From assembly GCA_040767195.1 (NCBI GenBank), contig JAXGPA010000001.1:224001-288000 (forward strand): a DNA stretch of 64,000 nt, given 5' to 3'. The position numbers were made by a program, and so were the translations under genes. This DNA comes from Syntrophales bacterium. Its GTDB lineage: Bacteria; Desulfobacterota; Syntrophia; Syntrophales; UBA6807. Below the pieces are notes generated by a model. The model had not been told where the DNA came from. It saw nothing but the letters and a program-made list of their open reading frames with translations, and did not search any database. Shown piece after piece: positions 1-9,931 of the stretch; position 1 is the stretch's first letter, and each line of letters begins with the position of its first letter.

Positions 1-132
1 ATGCACTACCTTGCGGCGGGATACGCCATTCGGGAGTTTGTGGTCAAAAAGGAGCCTTCCGGCCGGATTCGACCCTATTACCGGCTGGACCTGGATCCCC
101 GGTATCAGGATCTGACCCGTCTCACCCTTTGA
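1..132 (+). CDS. probable 3' end of a CDS entering from the left edge (unknown product)
   Basis: Frame open from base 1 (MHYLAAGYAIREFVVKKEPSGRIRPYYRLDLDPRYQDLTRLTL) to TGA at 130-132; converges on and overlaps the alaS stop. Confidence 0.4.
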   Translation: MHYLAAGYAIREFVVKKEPSGRIRPYYRLDLDPRYQDLTRLTL

Positions 133-2758
133 CGATTTCTTCCAGCCGGGCCAAGGCCTCGGGAAGTCCCTCCGGCTTCGCGCCGCCCGCCTGGGCCATA
201 TCGGGCCGCCCGCCTCCCGTTCCCCCGACGAGAGGGGCCACCGTCTTCACGATGTTCCCCGCGTTGAAGCGCCCGGTGAGGTCCCTGGTGACCATGCACA
301 GGAGCATGGCCTTTTCCCCGGCGCGGCTTCCCAGAAGAAGAACCCCGGACTTGAGCTTGTCCCGGAGCTTGTCCCCCAGGTCCCGAAGGGCCTTGACGTC
401 CTCCACGGCCACTTCCGCCGCCAGGGTCTTCACGCCGTCCACCACTTTCACCTGGTCCAGGAGCCCGGAAGATTCCCGGGCCGCCAGCCGGCCCTTCAGG
501 GCCTCCATTTCCCTTTCCATTTCCCGTTGTGCCTTGAGAAGGCGTTCCACCCTTTCGGGAACTTCCATGGGAGACGTTTTGAGCATGGCCGCCGTCCTGC
601 GGAGCTCCCCGTCCACTTTCCGGAAATATTTTACGGCTTCCTCGCCCGTCACCGCCTCGATCCTCCGAACCCCCGCCGCCACGGACGATTCACCGAGGAT
701 CTTGAGAAAACCCACATCACCCGTTCTCAAGACGTGGGTGCCTCCGCAGAGTTCCCGGCTGAAATCCCCCATCTGGACAAGCCGGACCTCGTCCCCGTAT
801 TTTTCGTCGAACACCGCCGTCGCCCCGGTCTTGAAGGCCTCTTCCTTGGGCAGGACCTTGGTGACCACCGGCGCGTTCGCCCGGATATAGGCGTTGGCGA
901 TGAGTTCCACCTTCTCCATTTCATCCTCTTCGATTTTCGAGAAGTGGGTGAAATCGAACCGCATCCGTTCCGGGTTCACCAGCGAGCCGGACTGCTTGAT
1001 GTGATCGCCCAGAACCTGCTTCAGGGCCGCCTGGAGGATGTGGGTCCCCGAATGGTGGGCTTCCGTGGCCCGGCGGGCCCGGACATCCACCTTCATGGCC
1101 ACCGTGTCTCCGACCCGAAGTTGTCCCTTTTTCATTTTTCCAATATGGGTAAAGAGCGTTTCCAGGGGTTTCTGGGTGTCCCAGACATCGAAAAGCCCCT
1201 GGGCGCCCTCGATGGTTCCCACGTCCCCGACCTGTCCGCCCACCTCGCCGTAGAAGGGGGTCGTGTCGACGAAAATTTCTCCGTTTTCCCCCTCGTAGAG
1301 GGCGGAAACCTCTTCATCGTTCTTCAAAATGGCCGTCACACGGGCCACGGCCTCGGTCACGCCCTCATAGCCGACGAAGGCGTTGGAGAACCCCTTGGAC
1401 GAAAGGCGGTGGTAAACGTCCGATATGGCTTCCTCCCCGCTTCCCTTCCAGGATTCCCGGGCTTTTTCCCTCTGCCGCTCCATGGACCGCTCGAAACCCT
1501 CCATGTCCGTCCCGAAACCCGCCGCCCTGGCGGCGTCCGCCGTCAGGTCCGTGGGGAACCCGAAGGTGTCGTAGAGCTTGAAGACCACCTCGCCGGGAAT
1601 CGTGTCCCCCCCGACTTTTCGAAGCCGCTCGATTTCCTCGTTCAAAATCCGAAGCCCCCCGTCGAGGGTTTCCATGAACCGCTGTTCCTCGTTGAAAACC
1701 ACTTTCCGGATGTACGACTCCTTGTCGGGAAGGTCGCTGTAAGGATCCTTCATCTTCTCGATGACCACCGAAGCCAGCTCATGGAGGAAGGGACGATCCA
1801 TCCCCAAAAGCTTCCCGTGGCGGGCCGCCCGCCTGAGGATCCGCCGGAGAACATACCCCCGCCCCTCGTTGCTCGGCAGGACGCCGTCGCCGATGAGAAA
1901 GGTCACCGACCGGCAGTGATCGGCGATCACCCGAATGGAGACGTCGCTGTCACCATTCTCCCCGTATGTCTTCCCCGAAAGTCTCCCGATGCCCTCGATG
2001 ATCTCCCGGAAAAGATCGCAGTCATAGTTGCTCTTGACCCCCTGCATGACCGCCGCGAGGCGTTCCAGCCCCATGCCCGTGTCGATGTTCGGGCTGGGCA
2101 GCGGATGCAGGCCGCCCGAGGCATCCCGGTCGAACTGGGTGAAGACGAGGTTCCACAGCTCGAGATACCGGTCGCAGTCGCACTCGACGCCGCAATCGGG
2201 CTTCCCGCAGCCCAGCTCCTCCCCCTGGTCGAAGATGATTTCCGAACAGGGGCCGCAGGGACCGGTTTCACCCATCATCCAGAAGTTGTCCTTCTCGCCG
2301 AGCCGGAAAATCCGTTCCGCCGGAATCCCCATTTTTTCGTTCCAGATTTGGAAAGCCTCGTCGTCGTCCCGGAAAATCGTAATGAGCATCTTTTCACGGG
2401 GAAGCCCCATGACATCCGTCAGAAACTCCCAGGCCCACTCTATGGCTTCGTTCTTGAAGTAGTCACCGAAAGAGAAATTGCCCAGCATTTCGAAAAAGGT
2501 GTGGTGCCGGGCCGTGTAGCCCACGTTCTCCAGGTCGTTGTGCTTTCCGCCAGCCCGGACGGACTTCTGGGAAGAGGCAGCCCGCCTGTATCCCCGGTCC
2601 TCCTTGCCCAGGAAAAGATTCTTGAACTGGACCATCCCCGAATTGGTAAAAAGAAGGGTCGGGTCATCCTTGGGGACGAGGGACGAACTCGATATAACGG
2701 CATGCCCCCTGTCCTTGAAGAACTGCAGGAATTTTTCCCGGATCTCACTGCCCGTCAT
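122..2758 (-). CDS. alaS: alanine--tRNA ligase
   Basis: 878 aa; DPTLLFTNSGMVQFK, RHHTFFEMLGNFSFGDYFK, editing HSGTH...ELCGGTH, C-terminal GGGRPDMAQAGG. Confidence 0.99.
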   Translation of the reverse strand: MTGSEIREKFLQFFKDRGHAVISSSSLVPKDDPTLLFTNSGMVQFKNLFLGKEDRGYRRAASSQKSVRAGGKHNDLENVGYTARHHTFFEMLGNFSFGDYFKNEAIEWAWEFLTDVMGLPREKMLITIFRDDDEAFQIWNEKMGIPAERIFRLGEKDNFWMMGETGPCGPCSEIIFDQGEELGCGKPDCGVECDCDRYLELWNLVFTQFDRDASGGLHPLPSPNIDTGMGLERLAAVMQGVKSNYDCDLFREIIEGIGRLSGKTYGENGDSDVSIRVIADHCRSVTFLIGDGVLPSNEGRGYVLRRILRRAARHGKLLGMDRPFLHELASVVIEKMKDPYSDLPDKESYIRKVVFNEEQRFMETLDGGLRILNEEIERLRKVGGDTIPGEVVFKLYDTFGFPTDLTADAARAAGFGTDMEGFERSMERQREKARESWKGSGEEAISDVYHRLSSKGFSNAFVGYEGVTEAVARVTAILKNDEEVSALYEGENGEIFVDTTPFYGEVGGQVGDVGTIEGAQGLFDVWDTQKPLETLFTHIGKMKKGQLRVGDTVAMKVDVRARRATEAHHSGTHILQAALKQVLGDHIKQSGSLVNPERMRFDFTHFSKIEEDEMEKVELIANAYIRANAPVVTKVLPKEEAFKTGATAVFDEKYGDEVRLVQMGDFSRELCGGTHVLRTGDVGFLKILGESSVAAGVRRIEAVTGEEAVKYFRKVDGELRRTAAMLKTSPMEVPERVERLLKAQREMEREMEALKGRLAARESSGLLDQVKVVDGVKTLAAEVAVEDVKALRDLGDKLRDKLKSGVLLLGSRAGEKAMLLCMVTRDLTGRFNAGNIVKTVAPLVGGTGGGRPDMAQAGGAKPEGLPEALARLEEIVKG

Positions 2759-3257
2759 GAATCTTTTCCTCCTTCGGCATTCTTATGGTTTGCATGATCA
2801 GCTCCCGGGGAAAGCCCCGTCTCGAAAGACTTTGAAACAGTCGACGCCGTTCCCCGAGGGTAAATTCTTTTAAATTTATCCTGGATTCGCCTGTTTTTCC
2901 ATATTTTTTTTCAAGATATTTGGCGATCGCCTCCTCCTCGCCCAGTTCCTGGCGGGCCGCCTGGAGGGCCTCCTCGACAAGACCGGGGGAGATCCCTTTC
3001 TCCCGCAGGTGAAGTCGAATCCTGAAATTTCCCCAGAGGCGGTTCACGGCCAGCGTCCGGGCGACGTTTTCAGCGTAGGCCCGGTCATCCAGGTACTTCC
3101 TTTCCTTAAGCCAATGGACGACACGGTCGATCGTTTCCGGGGAGACTTCTTTTTCCCGGAGCTTTTCTCGAAGCTCCGCGGTGCTCCGGGGGCGAAAGAG
3201 AAGAAGCCGCAAGGCCTTATTCTTTCCCGCTTCGAAGAGCTTCTCCGCCGATGTCAC
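2745..3257 (-). CDS. recX: RecX regulatory protein
   Basis: ALRLLLFRPRSTAELREKL, YLDDRAYA, SRRGF; directly downstream of recA. Confidence 0.93.
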   Translation of the reverse strand: MTSAEKLFEAGKNKALRLLLFRPRSTAELREKLREKEVSPETIDRVVHWLKERKYLDDRAYAENVARTLAVNRLWGNFRIRLHLREKGISPGLVEEALQAARQELGEEEAIAKYLEKKYGKTGESRINLKEFTLGERRRLFQSLSRRGFPRELIMQTIRMPKEEKIHDGQ

Positions 3258-3258
3258 G

Positions 3259-4308
<1,050 letters not shown>

Positions 4309-4364
4309 GTCAAGCCCCCTTGCATGCCAGGATGATAGTCCTGTCTTTTTTATGTTTCCGCCCC

Positions 4365-4949
4365 TCATCGCGAAGATCCGCGAAAGGGGAATTCAGCCAT
4401 CTTCGTGTAAACCGCCCCGCCCGGGGCGAGTTCGCTCCTGAAAAGAAAGAGGGAGGACGCCTCGAAGGTACCGGCCTCGTAACGATCCCCTTTCCGCAAC
4501 GCCTCCTCGACCCCGGAAATCCTGTCGCCCCGGGCCCGGCCCAGGGTGAGATGGGGTTTGAAGGCCCGCCTTTCCCGGGGAAACCCGGCCCCTTCCAGGG
4601 CGTCCTCAACCTCCCGCTTAAGGCGGCCCAGGTCCTCGAGATCCCCTTCCAGCCCGACCCAGAGGACCCGTGCCCGGTCCGGCCGGGGAAAGGCCCCCAG
4701 TCCCCCGGCCCGGAACCTCATGGGAGTGGCGTCGGCGGCTTTCCGGCGAACCGCCCCGTCGATGGACGGGAAATCCCTCTCGTAGATATCGCCAAAAAAC
4801 TTGACCGTCAAGTGAATCCCTTCGGGACGAACCCACCGGACGCCCTTCAGGATCGTTTTGAGTTTCTCCTGAATCCCCCCGATCCGTTCCCGGACCGCGG
4901 GGGACAGATCAATGGCCAGAAAACTCCGGATGGGTTCGGGCGTCTCCAC
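4365..4949 (-). CDS. thpR: RNA 2',3'-cyclic phosphodiesterase (2H phosphoesterase)
   Basis: RSFLAIDL and two HxT motifs (HLTVKF, PHLTLGR); GTG start at 4949 after GGAGG; usual position between cinA and recA. Confidence 0.92.
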   Translation of the reverse strand: METPEPIRSFLAIDLSPAVRERIGGIQEKLKTILKGVRWVRPEGIHLTVKFFGDIYERDFPSIDGAVRRKAADATPMRFRAGGLGAFPRPDRARVLWVGLEGDLEDLGRLKREVEDALEGAGFPRERRAFKPHLTLGRARGDRISGVEEALRKGDRYEAGTFEASSLFLFRSELAPGGAVYTKMAEFPFRGSSR

Positions 4950-4950
4950 G

Positions 4951-6204
4951 CTATCCTCCAGCAAGGTATCTTCTGAGCATTTCCAGGGCCCACTGGGCAG
5001 AAATTTCCTTGACCCGCCTGCGGCCCCAGGGGAAGTGAAACTCACGGCACACCGTCCCCTTCTCCCCGGCCAGGGCAGCGAAGACCGTTCCCACGGGCTT
5101 CCGGTCCGTCCCTCCCGAAGGGCCGGCAATCCCCGTGGTGGAAAGCCCCAAGTCTGTCCCCGCCCGGGCCCGGGCCCCTTCGGCCATGAGACGGGCCGTC
5201 TCTTCGCTCACCGCGCCATGCAACCGTAAAACCGCCGGGGGAACGCCCAGGAGGTCTTCCTTGGACGGGTTGCTGTAAACGACGAACCCTCTTTCGAAGT
5301 ACCGGGAACTCCCGGGCACATCGGTCAGCCGGTCGGCCACGAGGCCGCCCGTGCAGGACTCGGCCACGGCAAGCGTTTTTCCCTGTTCTGTCAGGAGGGA
5401 CGCCACGATTCCCTCCAGGGTGTCCTCGTCATAAGCGAAAATATATTTCTCCAGGCGTTCCCGGACCTGGGCCACCGCCCGGGCGAGATTGTCCTCCGCC
5501 ACGAACCGGTCATCGTGCCGGGCCGTCAGGACCAGGTGGTTCTCCGGAAACCGGGGGTAAAAACCCAGGGAAACGCCAAGAGAGGCGAAATCCACCTCGG
5601 AGAGGGTTTCGTCGATCCGGGCCTCGGCAATGCCGAACATCTTGACGATCCGCTTGGGAGGACTCTCCCCCGACCCGGTCAACCTCCGCCGCAGACGGGG
5701 AAGAATCCCTTCGGGAAACAGGCGCCTGACTTCCGAGGGAACACCGGGAAGAACGGCCACGATTTTCCCCTCTTCTTCCAGGACATACCCCCAGGCCGTC
5801 CCCACGGGATTTTCGACGGGTTCGGCCCCCTCGGGAAAAACGGCCTGCTTGGCGTTGTTCTCCGTCCAGGGAATCCCCAGGAAGGTGAACCGCTCCCGGA
5901 TATGACGGAGCGCCCTCTCGTCGATGTAACATCCCCGGCCGAGGGTCCGGGCCAGAAATTCGGTGGTCCGGTCATCTGCGGTGGGACCGAGGCCGCCCGT
6001 CACCACCACCGCCCGGGACCGGGCAAGAAGGAACCGAAAAGCCGCGGCGATGTCATCGCCACCATCCCCTGAAAGGGTCGAAAAGGAAACCTCCCACCCC
6101 TCTTCCTGAATGGCCCGGGCGAGGTAGGCCGTGTTCCTGTCGCCGATCATCCCCCGGGTCAGTTCGTCCCCCACCACAAGAATTCCGATCCTCACAGTCA
6201 CCAC
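4951..6204 (-). CDS. cinA: CinA family competence/damage-inducible protein (MoCF-like domain + NMN deamidase)
   Basis: VGDEL, TGGLGPTADDRT, LPGVPSE, AVAESCTGG, TGIAGPSGG. Confidence 0.96.
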   Translation of the reverse strand: MVTVRIGILVVGDELTRGMIGDRNTAYLARAIQEEGWEVSFSTLSGDGGDDIAAAFRFLLARSRAVVVTGGLGPTADDRTTEFLARTLGRGCYIDERALRHIRERFTFLGIPWTENNAKQAVFPEGAEPVENPVGTAWGYVLEEEGKIVAVLPGVPSEVRRLFPEGILPRLRRRLTGSGESPPKRIVKMFGIAEARIDETLSEVDFASLGVSLGFYPRFPENHLVLTARHDDRFVAEDNLARAVAQVRERLEKYIFAYDEDTLEGIVASLLTEQGKTLAVAESCTGGLVADRLTDVPGSSRYFERGFVVYSNPSKEDLLGVPPAVLRLHGAVSEETARLMAEGARARAGTDLGLSTTGIAGPSGGTDRKPVGTVFAALAGEKGTVCREFHFPWGRRRVKEISAQWALEMLRRYLAGG

Positions 6205-6206
6205 CG

Positions 6207-6662
6207 TCAGAAAGCGCTCAGATAGATGAGCAGATTGAGCGACAGGTTTCCGTAAAGACCCGCCACCAGGTCGTCACCGACGATGCCGTACCCCCCCGGA
6301 AGGCGCTCCCAGCGGCGGGCGGGGAAAGGCTTCACCACGTCGAAAAACCGGAAGAGGACGAAACCGGCGGCGACGTGAGCGAGAGAGGGGGTCACGAGAA
6401 ACAGGGCCACCTGGAGCCCGACGATTTCGTCGATCACCACGGCGGACGGGTCTTTTTCCCCGAACATTCGCTCCGCCGCACCGGAGACATGGACGGCGAG
6501 GAACCCGAGGGCCACCACGGAAAGAAGGATAACGGGCCAGGGAAAGGTGGAAAAAAGGAGATACACGGGAATCCCCACGACGGTGCCGGCCGTGCCGGGG
6601 GCAACGGGGGAATAACCGCTTCCCAGTCCCGTGGCGAGTATCCTGATGAACCGGTCCGTCAG
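6207..6662 (-). CDS. pgpA: phosphatidylglycerophosphatase A (probable CTG start)
   Basis: ATGLGSGYSPVAPGTAGT, KDPSAVVIDEIVG, FRFFDVVKPFP, GIVGDDLVAG; frame extends upstream of the ORF-track GTG to CTG at 6662, after GAGGTG. Confidence 0.9.
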   Translation of the reverse strand: MTDRFIRILATGLGSGYSPVAPGTAGTVVGIPVYLLFSTFPWPVILLSVVALGFLAVHVSGAAERMFGEKDPSAVVIDEIVGLQVALFLVTPSLAHVAAGFVLFRFFDVVKPFPARRWERLPGGYGIVGDDLVAGLYGNLSLNLLIYLSAF

Positions 6663-6865
6663 AAATCACCTCGAAACCGTCAATTGCGTCCCCGACCCGG
6701 GAAAGGAGGCCGTCACCATCCACCGCCGGGCCGAGGAACGGATCGACGTTCCCCCGAAGGTCGAAGAACGATCCCCGAAACAAGAGGGACACACAGGGGT
6801 TTCATAGTACAATTCCCGAAAATTGTAAAGGCGCTCGAAAGCCGGCGGCGGATTCAAAGTTTTTC

Positions 6866-6895
6866 TTGACAATAGAACGATCGTTCTATTACGCT
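6866..6895 (+). promoter_or_regulatory. sigma70-type promoter (TTGACA-N18-TACGCT) with a perfect 20-bp palindromic operator AATAGAACGATCGTTCTATT (GAAC-N4-GTTC core) at 6871-6890
   Basis: Read directly; ~175 bp upstream of the lexA-like gene. Confidence 0.8.
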
Positions 6896-7065
6896 GGAAG
6901 AGCAGGCGGCCGTGAAAGCCTCAAAGGCCCGGCGCCTTCCTCCCGGGAAAGGGGGCGTCCCCGGCGGCATACCACCGTTGCGGGAGGAAAGAGGCAACGC
7001 ACTCTGTGAACTTTTTTGCGAACCCTTGGAAAGAGAAGGGTCGACAGACATGACAGGAGTGAACC

Positions 7066-7653
7066 ATGAAAACCCAGCGGACGACGGAAACGGTGGAACG
7101 GGACCTGGGAAAGTTCTTCCGGGAAAAGGGAAGGATGCCCACCTACTCGGAAATGATGAAACTTTTCGGGGTCCGTTCGAAGAGCGCCGTTCACTTCTGG
7201 ATTCGAAAGCTTCTTGACAGCGGTCGCCTGAAAAAGGATGACCGGGGGTTCCTCCGCCCCGTGAACCGTTCCTTTTTCTTCCCCCTGGTCGGCGAGGTGC
7301 CCGCGGGATTTCCCTCCCCGGCGGAAGAGGAACTTCGGGACATCCTTTCCTTCGACGAGTATCTTGTCGACCGCCCGGAGGCCTCCTTTGTCCTTCGCGT
7401 CCGGGGGGATTCCATGACCGGCGAGGGGATCAAGGCGGGAGACCTGGTCATCGTGGAAAGGGGGCGGGAACCCCGGAACGGCGATGTCATCGTGGCGGAG
7501 GTGGACGGGGAATGGACCATGAAATATTTCCGGAAAAAAGGGACCGACGTGACCCTGGAGGCGGCGAACCCCGCCTATCCCCCCGTGAGGCCCCGGGAGG
7601 AACTCCGGATCGCCGGGGTGGTCACGGCGGTAATCCGGAAGTACCACCGGTGA
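7066..7653 (+). CDS. lexA: LexA-family repressor (HTH + S24 peptidase) with UmuD-like cleavage region
   Basis: MPTYSEMMKLFGVRSKSAVHFWI HTH; VPAGFPSPAEE (Ala-Gly site); GDSM catalytic Ser; TMKY catalytic Lys. Confidence 0.88.
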   Translation: MKTQRTTETVERDLGKFFREKGRMPTYSEMMKLFGVRSKSAVHFWIRKLLDSGRLKKDDRGFLRPVNRSFFFPLVGEVPAGFPSPAEEELRDILSFDEYLVDRPEASFVLRVRGDSMTGEGIKAGDLVIVERGREPRNGDVIVAEVDGEWTMKYFRKKGTDVTLEAANPAYPPVRPREELRIAGVVTAVIRKYHR

Positions 7654-7663
7654 GGATCCCGCC

Positions 7664-8971
7664 ATGACGGATCTCATCTTCAGCCTTCGTTCCTGGCCCC
7701 GGGCCATTCTTCACCTGGACGGCGACGCCTTCTTCACCTCCTGCGAGGAGGCCATCCACCCCGAACTCCGGGGAAGGCCCCTCATCACCGGGGGAGAGCG
7801 GGGAATCGTGGCCTGCGCCAGTTACGCCGCCAAGAAGCTCGGTGTGAAGCGGGGGGTTCCCCTCCACGAGGCGAAAAAGATCTGTCCCGGCCTGATCGTT
7901 CTCCCGTCGGACTACGAAACCTACAGCCTCTTCTCCCGGCGGATGTTCCAGATCATGAGGCGGTACACCCCCCAGGTGGAAGAGTATTCCATCGATGAGG
8001 CCTTCGCCGATCTCACGGGCCTCCGGAGAGCCTCCCGGGCCTCCTATGAAAAAATCGCCGCCGCCATGAGGGAGACGATCCGCAAAGAGCTGGGAATCAC
8101 CGTCACCGCCGGTCTCAGCGTCACCAAGGTGCTCGCCAAGATCGCCTCGAAACACCGGAAGCCCGACGGCTTCACCGCTATCCCCGGCCGGGACATCCCC
8201 CGGTATCTCGCCGGCCTTCCCCTGGAGGCCGTGTGGGGCATCGGCCCCGCCACGGCGAATCACCTCTTAAAGCTCGGGGCCCGGACGGCCCTGGATTTCG
8301 CCCGGTTTTCCGAGTACCGGGTCAGGAAGAACTTCACCAAGCCGGGCGTCGAAATCTGGCGGGAACTCCGGGGGGAATCAGTCTATCCCGTCGTTTCGGA
8401 AGCCAAAAGCACCTATGCCTCCATCAGCAAGACGAAAACCTTCGCCCCCTCCTCGGGAGACGGGGAATACCTTTTCGCCCAGCTCCTCCGGAATGTCGAG
8501 TCGGCATGCATCAAGGCCCGGCGGTACAACCTGGCCCCCCGAAGGATCGCCCTCTTCCTGAAAACAGACACTTTCGCCGTGGCGGGCCTCGAGGCCCGTC
8601 TCATCCGGCCTTCCTCCCGTCCCCTGGAGCTGGCCGGGATATCCCGGGAAATCTTCGGCGCCCTTTACCGGCCGGGGCAACGGTACCGCGCCACGGGGGT
8701 GATCCTCCTGGAACTCATGGAAAACCGGAACGTCCAGCTCTCCCTCTTTGAAGACCCCCTGCGGATCGAAAAGGTGGAACGGCTCTACGAAGCGGCGGAC
8801 CGGCTCTCGGAAAAATACGGGAAACACGCCCTTCACCTGGGGGGGTCCCACCTGATCGACCGGCGGGGAAAGGGGAAACGGGGGGAGCCGACGGTCCGCG
8901 AATCCACCCGTCTTTTCGGGGAAACGGAAAGAAAACACCTGGGACTTCCCATTCTCCACGTGGATGTGTAA
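7664..8971 (+). CDS. Y-family translesion DNA polymerase (DinB/UmuC-like)
   Basis: ILHLDGDAFFTSCE, SYAAK, YSIDEAF, VWGIG, clamp-binding QLSLF. Confidence 0.93.
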   Translation: MTDLIFSLRSWPRAILHLDGDAFFTSCEEAIHPELRGRPLITGGERGIVACASYAAKKLGVKRGVPLHEAKKICPGLIVLPSDYETYSLFSRRMFQIMRRYTPQVEEYSIDEAFADLTGLRRASRASYEKIAAAMRETIRKELGITVTAGLSVTKVLAKIASKHRKPDGFTAIPGRDIPRYLAGLPLEAVWGIGPATANHLLKLGARTALDFARFSEYRVRKNFTKPGVEIWRELRGESVYPVVSEAKSTYASISKTKTFAPSSGDGEYLFAQLLRNVESACIKARRYNLAPRRIALFLKTDTFAVAGLEARLIRPSSRPLELAGISREIFGALYRPGQRYRATGVILLELMENRNVQLSLFEDPLRIEKVERLYEAADRLSEKYGKHALHLGGSHLIDRRGKGKRGEPTVRESTRLFGETERKHLGLPILHVDV

Positions 8972-9078
8972 GGATACCGTCACGATTTCAGAGGCTCCGC
9001 TGCAGACGGGGTCTCTAAAATACCTGTCCTTTCCCCGTGATTTCTGGTACAAAAAGTTTTTTTATTCCCCGGCAGGAG

Positions 9079-9243
9079 TGATGAACTCGTAAAAACTCGA
9101 AAACTGTTCAGTTACCGACGGCTTTGTAGAAAGATCCAGAGGCAAGGCGCCCGAATCCCGAGGAATGAGACGTACGTATTGGTACGTCGCAATGACGAGG
9201 GATGAAGGGCAACACAGCCTATGGACTTTTTACGAAGTCGTCA
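9079..9243. mobile_element. MITE-like palindromic repeat, copy 1 (165 bp)
   Basis: Ends TGATGAACTCGTAAAAA / TTTTTACGAAGTCGTCA (14/17 inverted match); flanked by GGAG direct repeat; homologous to 38041-38214. Confidence 0.75.
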
Positions 9244-9262
9244 GGAGTGATCGTCCCAGCCC

Positions 9263-9931
9263 ATGACGGAACCTGACGTCTTTCCATTCATTCCCGTGCG
9301 TGTCCCTCCCGTCCAGGTCTGGAAACGCCTGGGATACCGGAAGGAAACGACTTTTCCCGGGGGGGAGCAGGCCGTCAGCCTCCGGGAAACCCTCACGGAG
9401 GCCTTCTCTCTCATGGAAATTCAGGGGGCCGGCCTTCCCGCCTCCTTCCATTCGCCCCGTCCCGGGGATATCCGTCTTGCCGGAAAAGCGGTTTTCCGAA
9501 GCGGCGATCTCGCCCGTTTCCTCCGGGGATGCGATGATCTTCTCCTCATGGGCGCCACGGCGGGACAGGCGATCATGACGGCTATCGAGGAGGCTTCCAG
9601 GGCCGGCCGGATGACCCGGGCCGCCGTCCTGGACGCCGCGGCGAGCGAGGCCGTCGACGGGGCCCTGGACTGGATCACGGGATATTACCGCCGAAAGCTC
9701 CTTCGGAAACTGAAGACCGTCACGGGACGCCGTTTCTCCGCCGGCTACGGCGATTTTTCCCTGGAGAACCAGAAGATCATTTACGAACTCCTCAGGCTCG
9801 GGGATCTTTCCGTTACATTGACGGACACCTTCATGCTCATCCCTGAGAAGTCCGTCACCGCCGTGGCGGGCATCATGAATATCGACAACCGGGAGGCCCT
9901 TACCGATGAAGCGGAAAAAAACCCTTCTTGA
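9263..9931 (+). CDS. stand-alone B12-dependent methionine synthase reactivation (AdoMet-binding) domain
   Basis: LLMGATAG, AVLDAAASEAVD, RFSAGYGDFSLENQ, MLIPEKSVTAVAG; overlaps start of metH. Confidence 0.85.
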   Translation: MTEPDVFPFIPVRVPPVQVWKRLGYRKETTFPGGEQAVSLRETLTEAFSLMEIQGAGLPASFHSPRPGDIRLAGKAVFRSGDLARFLRGCDDLLLMGATAGQAIMTAIEEASRAGRMTRAAVLDAAASEAVDGALDWITGYYRRKLLRKLKTVTGRRFSAGYGDFSLENQKIIYELLRLGDLSVTLTDTFMLIPEKSVTAVAGIMNIDNREALTDEAEKNPS

